DNA of 64,000 nucleotides, from NCBI GenBank assembly GCA_007121015.1, contig SKMN01000003.1, positions 4,413-68,412 of the forward strand, given 5' to 3'. The position numbers were made by a program, and so were the translations under genes. The DNA comes from Coriobacteriia bacterium (GTDB lineage Bacteria; Actinomycetota; Coriobacteriia; Anaerosomatales; SLCP01). This document shows positions 62,713 to 64,000 of this stretch, in pieces. Under the pieces are notes generated by a model. It saw only the letters and a list, made by a program, of their open reading frames with translations. It searched no databases and was not told the origin of the DNA. Positions within the stretch are counted from its first letter, which is position 1. Each line of letters begins with the position of its first letter.

Positions 62713-63870
62713 TCACGCATCGAGCCGCTCGGCGACGCTCGCGACGAGCACACGCGAAAGCCGGGAGGCCGGGACGCCCCGCGTCTCGCCCATGTCGATG
62801 TCTAGGTGGGACCCGAGCACGCCTACGAGTTCGCGCGTGACCGAGAATCGCCGCTCGCCACCCGCTTCGCACGATTCGAGCAGTCGGGCTCCTTCGAGTG
62901 TCGCCAGGTCGCGTCTCGCCTCGACCGTCGGTATGCCCGCGAGGGCCCCGTAGAGCGGAACCGTCAGAGCCCGTCCGAACACCACCTCGTGGACAGCCTC
63001 TATCGACCGTGACGGTATATCAGGCATCTCGGCGAGGAGCTCTTCGAGCGCCTCGAACACGGCGCACTCGACCAGGGCCGAGCGTCTGAGTGACTGGCCC
63101 TGCAACCGCTGTGCGCGTACGTGCGTCGCTACGAACTTCGTGACGTCTGTGTCGGGGTCCCACGAGGTGCCCAACGTGAGGAACGCGCGGTAGTAGTCAC
63201 CTCGGTGAGCCCCCCACCACTGCTCGAGGCTCATGAACTCGAGACCGGTGAACCCCCCGTGCGCCATGGCCGCCGCGGCGAAGATACGGGCGAGGCGCCC
63301 GTTGCCGTCGGGGAACGGATGTATGCCCGCGAGCCGGACATGGAGCAACGCCGCACGTACGGCTGGATGCGCCTCGGCTTCGTTCGCCCAGTCGCAGAGT
63401 TCACGGACGAGGCCGGGCAACAAGTGCCACGGTGGCGGCTCGTAGAAGAACCCTCCCGACGAAGTGTCTCCGAGATAGACCTGGGATGTCCGATACACGG
63501 CCGCCGCGGGTTCGCACTGCATGAGACGCCGCTGTACCGCGAGCACGAATGCCTCGCGGTACGCGAACATGGGTTCTCGCACGTGCGCAAGGGTCCACGC
63601 GTGGGCGTCGCGATACGCGTCTATCGCCGCGCACTCCTCCGAACAGAGCTCCGGCGGCGGATCTCCCGCGAGCACGCGCACCACGTCAGCTGCGGACGCC
63701 GGCATGTTCTCGATGGAGACCGAGCCCGCAACGCCGGCGGCCTCGACCTCGCGTCTGAGGTGCCCGACGAACCGCACGGGGGCGCCGTCCGAGCATGCAG
63801 GGTCGTCCCTCAGCGCATCGAGGGCGTCGAGGTCTTCTCGGGTGGCGCGAGTGATCGAATACCTGTACAC
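62713..63870 (-). CDS. Fic family protein (class II, N-terminal inhibitory helix) with C-terminal winged-helix-like region
   Basis: The Fic motif [12 protein letters not shown] (HxFx[DE]GNGRxxR) is present, as is the N-terminal SVSIEN matching the [ST]xxxE[GN] auto-inhibition motif. The start codon is GTG. Confidence 0.85.
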   Translation of the reverse strand: MYRYSITRATREDLDALDALRDDPACSDGAPVRFVGHLRREVEAAGVAGSVSIENMPASAADVVRVLAGDPPPELCSEECAAIDAYRDAHAWTLAHVREPMFAYREAFVLAVQRRLMQCEPAAAVYRTSQVYLGDTSSGGFFYEPPPWHLLPGLVRELCDWANEAEAHPAVRAALLHVRLAGIHPFPDGNGRLARIFAAAAMAHGGFTGLEFMSLEQWWGAHRGDYYRAFLTLGTSWDPDTDVTKFVATHVRAQRLQGQSLRRSALVECAVFEALEELLAEMPDIPSRSIEAVHEVVFGRALTVPLYGALAGIPTVEARRDLATLEGARLLESCEAGGERRFSVTRELVGVLGSHLDIDMGETRGVPASRLSRVLVASVAERLDA

Positions 63871-63891
63871 GCCGGGCCCTCCGTGGCCACT

Positions 63892-64000
63892 CTACAGCCT
63901 GCGCTCCCGGTGGACGAGCCTGCCGAGGGGCGGGACCTCCACCTGGATCGCACGCTCGGGACACATCTCCTGACAACAGTAACACCTGATGCAGGCGGTG
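63892..64000 (-). CDS. C-terminal fragment of a 4Fe-4S ferredoxin-domain protein (5' end outside window)
   Basis: The minus-strand frame reads ...TACIRCYCCQEMCPERAIQVEVPPLGRLVHRERRL*, a CxxCxxCxxxCP cluster motif. Confidence 0.5.
   Translation of the reverse strand, partial: TACIRCYCCQEMCPERAIQVEVPPLGRLVHRERRL

Overview
This is a GC-rich, densely coding chromosomal segment (about two-thirds G+C by eye, not computed). It looks like a Gram-positive-type bacterium, probably a high-GC Actinomycetota-like lineage. It also carries several Firmicutes-like traits: a T-box leader, YtxH, the rpsF-ssb-rpsR-DUF2232-rplI-dnaB arrangement and an archaeal-type PEP carboxylase. I call about 64 protein genes on both strands, two tRNAs (Arg-CCT, Gly-CCC), one T-box riboswitch and a few terminators. 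I saw no rRNA, CRISPR array, transposase, integrase or phage genes. Many ORF-track entries are GC-driven antisense shadows or false N-terminal extensions, so several starts were moved using SD sequences and family knowledge.

Gene content by theme:
- Cell wall: PBP fragment, PknB with PASTA repeats, Ddl, NodB deacetylase, M23 peptidase.
- Transport: sulfonate/nitrate-type ABC, OpuA/ProVWX, TrkH, P-type ATPase, ACR3/BASS, EamA.
- Signalling: two histidine kinases, a PAS-GGDEF-EAL protein, Fur.
- Translation and replication: S6, SSB, S18, L9, DnaB, TypA.
- Central metabolism: PurA, PEPC, ArcA.

I did not find one coherent, clearly novel multi-gene system. The best leads are:
1. A textbook T-box switch controlling an aminotransferase-ddl operon.
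2. A baeRF (eRF1-like) protein beside tRNA-Gly, at the head of a stress-type gene run.
3. A Fur gene overlapping a large fusion of an unknown alpha-repeat domain with an AlkZ/YcaQ-like winged-helix domain.
4. A translationally coupled PRC-barrel / GNAT / YbaK-deacylase operon.
5. An M23 peptidase whose signal peptide exists only if translation starts at ATA.
6. Two unannotated small membrane ORFs: a CxxCH peptide, and a 42-aa peptide directly upstream of trkH.

All family assignments come from motif recognition by eye and need HMM or covariance-model confirmation.
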